A stretch of 64,000 bases of DNA from Pseudomaricurvus sp. (GTDB taxonomy: Bacteria; Pseudomonadota; Gammaproteobacteria; Pseudomonadales; Cellvibrionaceae), in contig NZ_CBFIHX010000002.1 of the NCBI RefSeq assembly GCF_965662505.1, positions 1,948-65,947 of the forward strand, read 5' to 3'. Of this stretch, positions 12,901 to 22,189 are shown in pieces. The translations under genes were made by a program, and so were the position numbers. The notes beneath the pieces are model-generated. The model worked only from the letters and a program-made list of their open reading frames with translations. It was not told the DNA's origin and ran no database searches. How positions within the stretch are numbered: position 1 is the first letter of the stretch; each line of letters begins with the position of its first letter.

Positions 12901-14031
12901 TTCCTGGCAGATGATGGCAGGCCGCTGAATGTCGAGCTGGATTATATCCGTTGGCCAGCGCTTGAATCAGGCAGTGCAGAGGGTGCGGATCCAGCCGCTG
13001 AAGAAAACGGCTTCAGTCAGAAGTTGAGTTCGGTACAGCCTCAGGATATTCCCGCTGTGGATTTCTCAGTAGGGGAGCTCTCTCTGGGCGATAAACACTA
13101 TGGTCGCTGGAGTTTTCAGGCGCGACCCGATCAGTCAGGCCTGGTGATCTCTAATTTGCTGGGCAGTGTCAATGGTGTTCATGTGTCGGCCAGAGAGCCA
13201 AAGTCTGATAGCACTAATCAAAAAGAACAGACAAACCAAAACAGCAACACTGCGCAAGAGCAAGGTGCTTCTCTTATTTGGAGAAAAGGTCGAGGCAAAG
13301 AGCGCACGCGATTTTATGGCAAGTTGTCGGGTGGTAATCTGGCGAATATCTCGGACGCCTGGGAGCTTCCCAGAATGATGGACAGCAAGTCCGTGGAGCT
13401 GGATGTTAACTTGTTGTGGCCTGGCAATCCGGCTGAGGTTTCCGTGGCGGATCTGCAGGGCAAAATGAAGGTGAGTGTACAGGATGGCCGTTTTTATCGT
13501 TCAACCGGCCAGGCCAGTAACGCCTTGTTACGATTGGTGGGGTTGTTTAATTTCGACAGCTGGATTCGCCGTTTGCAGTTGGACTTTTCGGATGTATTTA
13601 AAGGCGGAACCCCCTTTGAGAGTGTGGCTGGCGAGATCCAGTTTGAGAAAGGTATCGTGTACCTGACTCAGCCTATGGAGGTGAGAAATACGTCGTCCGT
13701 GTTGAAAATGGGAGGTAAGATCAACTTGCCTGAAGAAACCCTGGATACCTCCTTGGTGGCGACGCTTCCCGTGGGAGGTAATGCCACCCTGATCGCGGCG
13801 TTTGCAGGCGGCCTGCCTGCCGCCGCCGGGGTGTATGCAATCAGTAAAATTTTCAAGAAGCAGATGGAGCGGGTCGCCAGCGTCAGTTATAGCATCAAAG
13901 GGTCGTGGAGTGATCCGGCCATTGAGTTTGATAAGCTGTTTGACAACAAGGCGGCTCAACAAGCCGCCGATGACAGTCGTGAAGCCGCCAGTGAAGGCAA
14001 AAAAAGAAGACGTAAAGCGAACGAACGGTGA
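9949..14031 (+). CDS. yhdP: YhdP / AsmA-like intermembrane phospholipid transport protein
   Basis: 1360 aa with an N-terminal TM anchor and beta-rich body; C-terminal RRLQLDFSDVF and YSIKGSWSDP; conserved position after rng. Confidence 0.9.
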   Translation: MSKKHSRRIAGKLIGFVAVLLIVTAVVVQLGRMFAPLVSENRTRLENYLTEQLGARVQIGNIQARWDSLRPELSVDQVLVTTADGEQVLTVKHASAQLGLLLSLRDWDLRFWEVELAEVQVVFDQTPAGHWQLSGVNTPKSRSSSLDPVDAMLIGRHILFDDIHTTFNFHSGRQQEVGFTQLRLENDRHFHRLTADVDLPNQPDTVQLVYEGLGDPRDASEFHGDGYLKLDNYPLPSAVAFVSEDAAARAGIQDGLVSSEIWLKTRPEQPVTLQGSVNFHRTTEVNPAIPVRIGGEITGQYSSPKDWKLNLQGLQAFWRDQQSQSLSASLASHPDPERWEVQIPQLELAELSRELDRFSRFPEHDIPEAVIRLVGEFGATGTVSNIHVAIPKTSPMDFVLRANLQQVSVNDWKGAPEIRQLDGYLEASSLSGFVEIDSQEGLLMHFPQVYHNAFEFERAQGVVGWTVRPEDNQAQVYSNVLNMQGQLGEASGYFYLDAPLERNSRPTELMLQIGLQNGHAIDHKKLVPKVVPDSLLAWLDSSIVQGAVPSGGFLMEGYFGGGASDTRSVQVALNVADGELSFDPRWPVLQTFSGFLEIDDTRVQGWVDEGQFLSSALQPTYLEVGANPQGEGSLLQINGALSGDASAGLQVLTQTPIRDALGGALDEWSLKGDMKAEVQLRIPLKAGETGSRQQVDVSLRNADLMMQSLGLDFDRLGGDLMYSDTRGLYAETLSARLWDQSLALRIASTPASPSTPMNTDIHFKGPLDFARLASWSRRPELMFIEGVVPVSGEVSVASGEIPVRIQASSDLSGASIDLPAPYGKAVSEKRSLKLDIPVARNHTSYRVNYDNLVSVNIQTAKDQPVEGLIALGQPSQLHVNDGLWLDGAIDRLDAEQWWPVVQRYQTFAEQFSSGVGAGELSAGEASTVQVSTVQTVASSNLNLQLFIEEFSWGEVELKAVQVGGGQRKQGWRIRLDDDRVKGAFFLADDGRPLNVELDYIRWPALESGSAEGADPAAEENGFSQKLSSVQPQDIPAVDFSVGELSLGDKHYGRWSFQARPDQSGLVISNLLGSVNGVHVSAREPKSDSTNQKEQTNQNSNTAQEQGASLIWRKGRGKERTRFYGKLSGGNLANISDAWELPRMMDSKSVELDVNLLWPGNPAEVSVADLQGKMKVSVQDGRFYRSTGQASNALLRLVGLFNFDSWIRRLQLDFSDVFKGGTPFESVAGEIQFEKGIVYLTQPMEVRNTSSVLKMGGKINLPEETLDTSLVATLPVGGNATLIAAFAGGLPAAAGVYAISKIFKKQMERVASVSYSIKGSWSDPAIEFDKLFDNKAAQQAADDSREAASEGKKRRRKANER

Positions 14032-14053
14032 GTGAGGTTCGGTCCGGCTGGGC

Positions 14054-14578
14054 TCAGGCTTCGATGATATCGCGAATGTAGCGGAACAATTTACGGGCTG
14101 AGGTTGGTGCTTTCTGTTGGCTCTGCTCTTTTTGGCTGTTGCGAATCAATTGACGCAGGTATTGCACCTCGCAGTGTGGGTACTCTGCCACAAACGTTTG
14201 CAGTGCTTCATTGCCGTCTTCCAGTAAGCGATCTCGCCTATGTTCGGTTTGGTGCTGAATTTTGGTGTGTTCCTGACCAATTGAGATTACCCGCTCGTAG
14301 GCGGTTTTAATCTCTTCAATATTTTCGGCTTTGCGCATCAATTTGCCAATAAATTGCAGCTGGCGTCTGCGCCCCTCGCGGTGCTTCATGCCCCGTGCCT
14401 GGTGTATGGCATCGGCCAGTTCGCCTTCAATGGGAATGCGGGCAATGAATTTATCGCTGAGTTCAACAATCTTTGTTCCCAAATCCTGCAGAGCGGCCAT
14501 TTCCTTCTTAATGTCAGTTTTTGAAGGAATGTACTCTTCTTCATCGTCGCGGTCGGGAAAATCGTCAAATTGAGACAT
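14054..14578 (-). CDS. yjgA: Ribosome biogenesis factor YjgA/DarP (DUF615)
   Basis: SKTDIKKEMAALQDLG, RRRQLQFIGKLMR, LRQLIRN, SARKLFRYI. Confidence 0.92.
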   Translation of the reverse strand: MSQFDDFPDRDDEEEYIPSKTDIKKEMAALQDLGTKIVELSDKFIARIPIEGELADAIHQARGMKHREGRRRQLQFIGKLMRKAENIEEIKTAYERVISIGQEHTKIQHQTEHRRDRLLEDGNEALQTFVAEYPHCEVQYLRQLIRNSQKEQSQQKAPTSARKLFRYIRDIIEA

Positions 14579-14636
14579 CGGGAATATCCGTTGAAAAATG
14601 TGTTAGGTCTAAAAACGTGTTGAGTTTAAAAACGTA

Positions 14637-16001
14637 TTAAGCGTAAAAATAGGTGGCCAGACCAAGGAAGGCAAAGAAGCCCACGACGTCGGTCACGGTG
14701 GTCAGCGCCACGCTGCCAGCCAGCGCCGGGTCAATATTCATGCTGCGCAAGGTGATGGGCAGCAGTGCACCCGCGACCGAGGCGGTAATCAGGTTGATGA
14801 CCATGGCTGCGGCGATGATCGCGGCGATGGTCATATCGTCAAACCACAAACCGGCTATCACAGCCATAAGCCCCGCCCAGAGCAGTCCGTTCAGCAAGCC
14901 GACGAAAAACTCTCGCGAGAGCAGCCAATTAATATTGTTGCGGCCAATTTTGCCCAGTGCCATCCCTCGGATCATAACGGTCAGAGTTTGGCTGCCAGCT
15001 ACGCCGCCCATGCTGGCGACAATGGGCATCAGCACGGCCAGTGCCACCACCTTGTCGATGGTATCCTGAAAAATATTGATCACGGCCGAGGCAATAATCG
15101 CGGTGAGCAGGTTGATACCCAGCCAGATGGCGCGTCTTGGCGCGGTTCTGGAGACGGGGGCAAAGGTATCTTCTTCTTCATCCAGACCGGCCATCCCCAT
15201 AAAGGAGTGGTCAGCGCCTTCGCGGATCACGTCGACCACGTCATCAATGGTGATTCGCCCGACGACAATGCCGTTGTCATCGATCACCGGCGCCGAAACC
15301 CAGTTGTGGCGTTCAAACAGACTGGCTACCTCGTTCTCGGGCATGTGCGCCGGAATGGGCTCAAAGTCGGTACGCATCAACTCCCGCACGGTACTGGTGG
15401 GCGATGAAGTCAACAGGCGCGACAGCGGCAGCAGGCCAACGTACTGCCCTTTACTGTTCACTACGATCAGGCTGTCGGTGGAGTCCGGAAGTTCGTCGTG
15501 GCGGCGCAGATAGCGAAACACGACGTCCAGTGTCACCCTGGGGCGAACGGTCACCGTATCGGTATCCATCAGGCCGCCGGCGGTGTCCTCGTCGTAGGAG
15601 AGCACCTGCTCTACCCGCTGGCGATCCTGAGCGTCCATCGCGGCGAGTACTTCCTGAATCACGCGGTCTGGCAGGCGTTGCAGAACATCGGCCAAATCGT
15701 CCGTGTCCATGCCTTCGGTGATGGCGACTACCTCTTCGGTGCCCATCCCGCGCAGGAATTGAGCCTGTACTTCTTCCGAGAGTTCCTGCAGAACTTCACC
15801 TTCCAGATCGCTATCGACCAGGCGCCAAAGCACGCGGCGGGATGGGGGCGGGGAAGATTCCAGCAGGTGAGCTATTTCGACCGGTTGCAGGCCGTTGAGC
15901 ATGCGCCGTACCTGTTGAAAGGTACCGCTTTCCAATGCCTCATTGATTTCACCGAGTTGTGCCTGAGTTAATGCGAGCAATTCATCGGTGTTTTGAGACA
16001 T
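14637..16001 (-). CDS. mgtE: Magnesium transporter MgtE
   Basis: TAGGLM, tandem CBS domains, MPIVASMGGVAGSQT, DPALAGSVALTTVTDVVGF. Confidence 0.96.
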   Translation of the reverse strand: MSQNTDELLALTQAQLGEINEALESGTFQQVRRMLNGLQPVEIAHLLESSPPPSRRVLWRLVDSDLEGEVLQELSEEVQAQFLRGMGTEEVVAITEGMDTDDLADVLQRLPDRVIQEVLAAMDAQDRQRVEQVLSYDEDTAGGLMDTDTVTVRPRVTLDVVFRYLRRHDELPDSTDSLIVVNSKGQYVGLLPLSRLLTSSPTSTVRELMRTDFEPIPAHMPENEVASLFERHNWVSAPVIDDNGIVVGRITIDDVVDVIREGADHSFMGMAGLDEEEDTFAPVSRTAPRRAIWLGINLLTAIIASAVINIFQDTIDKVVALAVLMPIVASMGGVAGSQTLTVMIRGMALGKIGRNNINWLLSREFFVGLLNGLLWAGLMAVIAGLWFDDMTIAAIIAAAMVINLITASVAGALLPITLRSMNIDPALAGSVALTTVTDVVGFFAFLGLATYFYA

Positions 16002-16130
16002 AGGCGTTCACACGTATCCGTATTGAGTGAGGTTAACGGCGTGTATTCTAATGGGGCTTGGCGGCATAAGCCAGTGGAAGGCCAGACTTACGCCGTTTCG
16101 TCGAGGTCTGGTTGGCTGAGTTGTAGTTGC

Positions 16131-16400
16131 TTATTCGTCTTCGTCAAAGCGATTGTTGATGAGTTCGATGATGGCTTGCATGGCCTCTTGCTGATCCTGC
16201 CCCTCGGCTTGCAAGGTGATTTCGGTGCCCTGATTCGCGGCAAGTAACATCAGTGACATGACGCTCTTGGCATCGACGAGTTTTCCGTTCAGGCCCACTT
16301 TGATCTGGCTGGAATAGCGGGAGGCTGTGCTGGCAAATAAGGCCGCTGCGCGGGCATGGAGCCCCAATTTATTAATGATGGTGACGGTATCAGTCAGCAT
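16131..16400 (-). CDS. ptsO: HPr-family phosphocarrier NPr
   Basis: NKLGLHARAA (phospho-His) and DAKSVMSLM. Confidence 0.93.
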   Translation of the reverse strand: MLTDTVTIINKLGLHARAAALFASTASRYSSQIKVGLNGKLVDAKSVMSLMLLAANQGTEITLQAEGQDQQEAMQAIIELINNRFDEDE

Positions 16401-16415
16401 AATGTTCTCTATGGA

Positions 16416-17282
16416 TTATGTTTTTTGTAATTGTTCCAGTTCCCGGTGCCTCAGTTGCGTGTTGGGGTGCTCATTTTTGAAGGCCTCATAGAGGCGCTCG
16501 CACAAATACACTGAGCGGTGGTGCCCGCCCGTGCAGCCAATGGCGACGGTAAAGTAGCTGCGATTGCTGTCGCTGAAGCGAGGTAGCCAGCGCTGCAGGT
16601 AGCTGGCGATGTCATTGTACATATCGTTGACATCGTCCTCGGCCTCAAGAAACTCAACGACTTCCTTATCCTTGCCGCTGAAGCTGCGCAAATGAGGTTT
16701 CCAGTAAGGGTTTGGCAGGCAGCGTACGTCAAACACCTGATCAACATCCACCGGAATGCCGCGCTTGAAGCCAAAGGACTGAAATAACAGCGCCATCCCG
16801 GGACCTGTATTACCGACAATGCGCTGTTTCACCAGGTCTCGTAACTGATGCAGGCTAAGGCCGCTGGTGTCGATGGTCAGATCGGCAGAGTTGGCGATGG
16901 GCTCGAGAAATTTTCTCTCAAGAGCGATTGCCTGTTTGAGATCGGTTGTCTGTCCGCTGAGAGGGTGCTTGCGTCGGGTTTCGCTGAAACGCTGAATCAA
17001 AATGGGGCTGCGGGCATCCAGAAACAGAATTTCGCACTGCAAGCCGGGAATCTTGGCTTGCGACAAAAACTCGGGAAACTCCTGAAGATCCTGCCAGGTG
17101 TTGCGTGCGTCAATACTGACGGCAAATGACTGGCTCTGGGGATGCTGATCCAACTGTCGAACCAGCGATGGCAGTAAAGAGGCAGGCAAGTTATCAATAC
17201 AGGTAAAACCGACATCCTCAAGCACGTGCAAGGCTGTGCTTTTCCCCGAGCCGGAGCGGCCGCTAATTACAACTAAACGCAT
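16416..17282 (-). CDS. rapZ: RNase adapter protein RapZ
   Basis: SGRSGSGKS P-loop, RFSETRRKHPL, FDVRCLPNPYW, IGCTGGHHRSV; start set at the ATG of MRLVV. Confidence 0.96.
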   Translation of the reverse strand: MRLVVISGRSGSGKSTALHVLEDVGFTCIDNLPASLLPSLVRQLDQHPQSQSFAVSIDARNTWQDLQEFPEFLSQAKIPGLQCEILFLDARSPILIQRFSETRRKHPLSGQTTDLKQAIALERKFLEPIANSADLTIDTSGLSLHQLRDLVKQRIVGNTGPGMALLFQSFGFKRGIPVDVDQVFDVRCLPNPYWKPHLRSFSGKDKEVVEFLEAEDDVNDMYNDIASYLQRWLPRFSDSNRSYFTVAIGCTGGHHRSVYLCERLYEAFKNEHPNTQLRHRELEQLQKT

Positions 17283-17473
17283 GGGATTTTCTGCCTCGTC
17301 GACTATCAATATTTCAGGGTGCTCGTTTTATCCGGGTGCTTTCTTATTGGGGCGTTATGGCCTCATCAGGACGCACGGCCTTTGAAGGAGGAGTATCAAT
17401 TGATACAACACCACGAGCAATACTCTAAAGGTACCTTACTTTGGGTAGATTACAAAACCGCGTCCCTGCGCCA

Positions 17474-17941
17474 TCAGAGGGGCGCGCTGGCGTCTTGTTC
17501 GGTGGCTGCCAGGTAGAGGCTTTGGGTGTCGCTGGCGTCGCGAAGATTCTGCAAATAGTCGGGATGGTGCAGTTGTTCGGCAATCGCGGCCAGAGTTTTC
17601 AGATGTTCGTCGTGAGCCTCCTCGGGAACAATCAGGGCAAACAGGATGTCCACGGGTTGGCCGTCGATGGATTCATAGTCGATGGGGCTTTGTAACTGAA
17701 TCAAAGCACCAACGGTGTTGGCGCAATTGTTGATGCGGCAGTGAGGAATAGCAATGCCACCGCCCAGACCGGTTGTGCCAAGCCGCTCCCGAGAGATCAG
17801 ACTGGTGAAGATCTCATCGGCGTTAAGAGTCGGCTGGTCTTCGGCAATCAGTTGGGAGATGACTTGCAGAGCGCGTTTTTTGCTGCTGGCCTCAACACCG
17901 CAGTAGGTGCGATGTTGAGACAAAAATGATCTTACTTCCAT
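17474..17941 (-). CDS. ptsN: PTS IIA(Ntr)
   Basis: SKKRALQ, RERLGTTGLGGGIAIPHCR. Confidence 0.95.
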   Translation of the reverse strand: MEVRSFLSQHRTYCGVEASSKKRALQVISQLIAEDQPTLNADEIFTSLISRERLGTTGLGGGIAIPHCRINNCANTVGALIQLQSPIDYESIDGQPVDILFALIVPEEAHDEHLKTLAAIAEQLHHPDYLQNLRDASDTQSLYLAATEQDASAPL

Positions 17942-17944
17942 AAA

Positions 17945-18238
17945 TTAGCGGTGATGATTTCGCATCTTTTCTTTGTGTTTAATGAGTTGGCGGTCGAGCT
18001 TGTCGGCCAACATGTCGATGGCGGCGTAGAGGTCTTCGGACTCGCTGTCTGCGAAGAAGTCTTTGCCGCTCACGTGCACTGAGGCTTCTGCCTTTTGGCG
18101 TAGTTTATCAACAGATAGTATGACGTTGGTACTGGTAATTCGGTCGTGGTGTCTTTCGAGGCGATCTAGTTTGGTGTTGACGTAGTTTTTAATGGCAGTT
18201 GTCAGTTCAACATGGTGTCCACTGATGTTGATTTGCAT
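17945..18238 (-). CDS. hpf: Ribosome hibernation promoting factor (short HPF)
   Basis: MQINISGHHVELT, DLYAAIDMLADKLDRQLIKHKEK. Confidence 0.97.
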   Translation of the reverse strand: MQINISGHHVELTTAIKNYVNTKLDRLERHHDRITSTNVILSVDKLRQKAEASVHVSGKDFFADSESEDLYAAIDMLADKLDRQLIKHKEKMRNHHR

Positions 18239-18412
18239 GCGTTGCTCCTCTTGTCGTGAAACGTCGGTATTGAATCGCTTGTCATACAGCTTTGGCTACT
18301 AGCACCAGCTGTGTTGGTGCTGTCGAGGCCCTGACAGGCAGGACTTTAACCTTTATCCCGAGTGGGCGACCAGTACCGGCTGCAGCGGACTTGTGTTGCG
18401 GTCAACAGCTGC

Positions 18413-19957
18413 TCAGACCAATCGCTTACGCTCGTTGGACGCGGGTATTCCTAAAGACTCCCGATACTTGGCGATGGTGCGTCTGGCCACCTTAATGCCC
18501 TGTTCGGCGAGTAATGTGGTGATTTTGCTATCACTTAACGGTTTTTGGGGGCTCTCAGCCGCCACCAGTTTTTTGATGATGGCACGGATTGCTGTGGATG
18601 AGCATTCGCCGCCTGAGTCAGTACTCACATGGCTTGAGAAGAAGTATTTCAGCTCAAAGATGCCCTGAGGCGTGTGCATGTACTTTTGAGTGGTGACCCG
18701 GGAAATGGTGGACTCGTGCATGCCGACAATTTCGGCCACGTCGTGCAGAACCAGCGGTTTCATGGCCTCGGCGCCATAATCGAGAAAGCCGCGCTGTTTT
18801 TCGACGATACAGGTAGAGACTTTCAGCAGGGTCTCGTTGCGGCTTTGCAAGCTCTTGAGGAACCAGCGGGCTTCCTGCAAGTTGTCGCGTAAGAAGGAGT
18901 TGTCACTGCTGGTGTCCGCCCGCTTGACCATTGAGGCGTAGGTATCATTGATACGCAATTTGGGTGCGATGTCGGGATTCAGATTCACAGTCCAGCGGTC
19001 ATCCTGTTTGGTCACAAATACATCGGGTACTACGTACTCGGTCTCGCCACTGTAGATGCTGTCCCCTGGACGTGGATTCAGGCTCTGAATCAAAATGATG
19101 GCATCTCGCAGCTGGGCTTCCTTGAGTTTGGTTTTTCTCATCAGCTGCTTGTAATCGCGGCTGCCCAGCAACAATAAGTGGTCTTTGACTATGAGTTTAG
19201 CATCTTCCCGGCAGGGTGTAGTTTTTGGCAGTTGATTCAGCTGGATTAGCAGGCATTCGCTCAAATCCTGACTGGCGACCCCGGGAGGGTCAAACTGTTG
19301 CAGTCTGTGCAACACCGCAAAGACTTCGTCCAGTTCGAGCTCTTCCAGCTCGTCTACCAGGCTTTCATGGATTTCTTCGGCGTTCATGCTGAGCATGCCG
19401 GTGTCTTCAATAGCGTCAATAAACGCCATCGCTATGACTTGGTCCCGATCGGACATGGGGGTCAGGTTGAGCTGCCACATCAGGTGCTGATGCAGGGATT
19501 CGTCGCTGCCGCGCCGGCTTTCGTAATCGTTGTCCTCGCTGTCGGGTGCTGACAAGCCGCTGCCGGAAGGGCCTGACTGGTATACATCGTCCCAGCTGGT
19601 GTCTACCGGCAGGTCTTCCGGAATAGCGTCTCCCCAGTCGCCCTCGGGACTGTCATCGCTGTTTCTGTCGACGCCACTTTGCTCTTCCTGGGCGCTGGCG
19701 GTGGGTTCTGGTTCGCTGTCGGAATCTTTGGTGCTGCTCTGTTCGGGCTGATCTTTGGGGGTGTTGATGCTCTCGTCGGGAGTGTCCGAACCGGCATTGT
19801 CGTCTTCGCCGACTTCCAGCATGGGGTTGGAGTCGAGCGCCTCCTGGATTTCGGCCTGAAGGTCGAGCGTCGACAGCTGCAGCAGGCGGATGGCTTGCTG
19901 CAGTTGGGGGGTCATGGTGAGTTGTTGACCCAGCTTGAGTTGTAACGACTGTTTCAT
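18413..19957 (-). CDS. rpoN: RNA polymerase sigma-54
   Basis: [23 protein letters not shown], RpoN box [10 protein letters not shown]. Confidence 0.98.
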   Translation of the reverse strand: MKQSLQLKLGQQLTMTPQLQQAIRLLQLSTLDLQAEIQEALDSNPMLEVGEDDNAGSDTPDESINTPKDQPEQSSTKDSDSEPEPTASAQEEQSGVDRNSDDSPEGDWGDAIPEDLPVDTSWDDVYQSGPSGSGLSAPDSEDNDYESRRGSDESLHQHLMWQLNLTPMSDRDQVIAMAFIDAIEDTGMLSMNAEEIHESLVDELEELELDEVFAVLHRLQQFDPPGVASQDLSECLLIQLNQLPKTTPCREDAKLIVKDHLLLLGSRDYKQLMRKTKLKEAQLRDAIILIQSLNPRPGDSIYSGETEYVVPDVFVTKQDDRWTVNLNPDIAPKLRINDTYASMVKRADTSSDNSFLRDNLQEARWFLKSLQSRNETLLKVSTCIVEKQRGFLDYGAEAMKPLVLHDVAEIVGMHESTISRVTTQKYMHTPQGIFELKYFFSSHVSTDSGGECSSTAIRAIIKKLVAAESPQKPLSDSKITTLLAEQGIKVARRTIAKYRESLGIPASNERKRLV

Positions 19958-20128
19958 GTATGGCTACGGCTACTGAGGAATTCTTTCTCTGCTCTGCCGC
20001 AATGTCAGCGAGTGTGGAGCTGTGTGATGTGTGCGGCAGAATCCATTCTTGCGACGATCAGACTCGATTGAAATGATCGTGTTGGTGAGCAAGTGTAGCC
20101 AGAGTAACCGAGGAGAACAACTTAAACA

Positions 20129-20144
20129 AGCAAGTTTTATGCCT
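20129..20144 (-). promoter_or_regulatory. Sigma-54-type -24/-12 box upstream of rpoN
   Basis: Minus strand reads AGGCATAAAACTTGCT, matching TGGCAC-N5-TTGCT with exact GG-N10-GC spacing, about 170 nt upstream of the rpoN start. Confidence 0.65.
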
Positions 20145-20290
20145 GTTTCTTGCCTGCTTGGGAGGAAATGCGAATGTTGGGAGCGGGTGGCTGCGTTGTG
20201 GTCGATCTTAGTTGGACGCGCTGTCCAAGCTGTTTGCCAGAGGCCACAATTTTGTGTGTGGGGTCACACTTTTAGCCCTGAGAAAACACA

Positions 20291-21016
20291 CTATAAGCTG
20301 AATTGGTGCCCGAGGTAAACCTCTCTGACCTGCGTGTTGCCTAGAACGGTTTCCGGCGTGCCTTCGGCAATAATGTGGCCTTCGCTGACGATGTAGGCTT
20401 TCTCGCAAATATCGAGGGTTTCGCGAACGTTGTGATCAGTAATCAAAACGCCAATCCCGCGATCTTTCAGGTGCTGAATAATGTGCTTGATGTCGTTGAC
20501 GGAAATGGGGTCGACGCCAGCAAATGGTTCATCCAGCCGGATGAATTCCGGGTCGGTGGCCAGTGCGCGAGCGATTTCGACCCGGCGACGCTCACCACCG
20601 GACAGCGCCATGCCGAGGCTATTCTGGATATGGCTGATGTGAAACTCTCGCAACAACTGATCGAGTTTGTCCTGGCGCTGTTTGCGGTTCAGGTCCTTGC
20701 GGGTTTCCAGAATACTGAGAATGTTGTCGTTGACCGTCAGCTTGCGGAATACGGAGGCTTCCTGTGGCAGGTAGCCGATGCCCGCTCGTGCCCGTCCGTG
20801 CATGGAAAGGTGCGTCAGGTTCTTTTGATCAATAGTGACCTTGCCCTGATCGGCATCCACCAGCCCGGCAATCATGTAAAAGCAAGTGGTCTTGCCCGCC
20901 CCGTTGGGACCCAGCAGGCCGACAATCTGGCCACTGCTGACCGACAGGGAAACGTCGATAACGACACGGCGGCTTTTGTAGCTCTTGGCGAGGTTCAGGG
21001 CGTTGAGTGTGGGCAT
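20291..21016 (-). CDS. lptB: LPS export ABC ATPase LptB
   Basis: [42 protein letters not shown]. Walker B reads FIRLDE (see findings). Confidence 0.97.
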   Translation of the reverse strand: MPTLNALNLAKSYKSRRVVIDVSLSVSSGQIVGLLGPNGAGKTTCFYMIAGLVDADQGKVTIDQKNLTHLSMHGRARAGIGYLPQEASVFRKLTVNDNILSILETRKDLNRKQRQDKLDQLLREFHISHIQNSLGMALSGGERRRVEIARALATDPEFIRLDEPFAGVDPISVNDIKHIIQHLKDRGIGVLITDHNVRETLDICEKAYIVSEGHIIAEGTPETVLGNTQVREVYLGHQFSL

Positions 21017-21079
21017 GGCGTTGGTCTTGTCCTTAAATCCGGCGCTGGGCAGTGTGGCGGTGCGGTGGCGCTTTAACTG

Positions 21080-21604
21080 TTAGGGATTGCGCTCACTTTT
21101 GGGAGGAATCGTCATGTGAATGCGGTCTGGGTTGGTGGTGCTTTTGTTGCCCTGAGCTTTCACCACAGAAGATTTCATGTCGTAATCAATCTTTTTGCCG
21201 GTCAGGGTGGTGCCATCGCCCTGACGCAGCGAGGCGTTTTCGCTGATGTGCAGCTTTTCGGTGTCCAGCAGGTATTCGATGGTTTTGCCTTTGGCGATCA
21301 CCATTTCTTTGTCGGGCTCGGGGATTTGCTGGTAGTGGGCGCGATCACCGGTGGCGACAACCCGTGAAATCTCGTTGTTGATGCTGTAAATCACCACCTT
21401 GTCGGCTTTGATCCGCATGGTGCCCTGATCCATCTGTACCTCGCCGGTATAGGTAGTGATGCCCTTTTTTTCGTTGCGCTCGGCGGTGTCAGAGCTGATG
21501 TGTATCGGTTGCTCCCGGTCGCTTTCCAGTGCCAGAAGAGTGGAGCTGAACCCGCCCAGAGTCAGGGATAACAAAAGCGAAATGGCGAGTTTATTGCGGA
21601 TCAT
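21080..21604 (-). CDS. lptA: LPS transport periplasmic protein LptA
   Basis: Signal peptide; DREQPIHISSD, YTGEVQMDQGTMRIKAD, GKKIDYDM. Confidence 0.93.
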   Translation of the reverse strand: MIRNKLAISLLLSLTLGGFSSTLLALESDREQPIHISSDTAERNEKKGITTYTGEVQMDQGTMRIKADKVVIYSINNEISRVVATGDRAHYQQIPEPDKEMVIAKGKTIEYLLDTEKLHISENASLRQGDGTTLTGKKIDYDMKSSVVKAQGNKSTTNPDRIHMTIPPKSERNP

Positions 21605-22178
21605 GTATGCCTCGGACGTTGGATAGCAATTTTATAGTGTCTGTTTTCAGGTACGCTTCCATACCAACGGCATGGGTGGTGTTGCCGGGGCTGGTGATGA
21701 TAACAGGTTTGTCAGTTTCGGCGTATTGCCTCTCTGGTTTTACGACCAGATATGGCGTTGTGAGTTCCGAGGATTGGCCCAGAGTGTCGGTGCGAGTGAT
21801 GTGCACATCTCCCCAAAGTTGAACCAGGTTGCCGTTGTTGCGGGCTTTTCCGGTATTCGACACGATGGTGGTGGGCGGCTTGTCCACTGAATACATTGTC
21901 AGCTTCGGGGCGGTGAGGTCGGCGTAGTCTTTGGCTGTGCGTCGCTTGGGGTTCTTTTGGTAGTAGCGGGTTTCAGACGCGACAAAAACCGAACTCAACT
22001 GGCCGTTCTCGTCAAAGCGACGACGAACGGCGTTGTGCACAATATTGCTCGGGTGTTTGGATGTTTTCGGAGTTTCGGGCTTCTGAGGCAGGAATGTCTC
22101 CGGTGGGGAATCCCAAAACACCAGAAACAGACAGGTCAACAAAATGATGAAAGCCGGGGCCAGCCAGTTTTTATTCAT
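21591..22178 (-). CDS. lptC: LPS export protein LptC
   Basis: N-terminal TM helix, jellyroll-like beta strands, AETDKPVIIT, LLSNVRG; overlaps the lptA start. Confidence 0.88.
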   Translation of the reverse strand: MNKNWLAPAFIILLTCLFLVFWDSPPETFLPQKPETPKTSKHPSNIVHNAVRRRFDENGQLSSVFVASETRYYQKNPKRRTAKDYADLTAPKLTMYSVDKPPTTIVSNTGKARNNGNLVQLWGDVHITRTDTLGQSSELTTPYLVVKPERQYAETDKPVIITSPGNTTHAVGMEAYLKTDTIKLLSNVRGIHDPQ

Positions 22179-22189
22179 GATGAGGTTGC

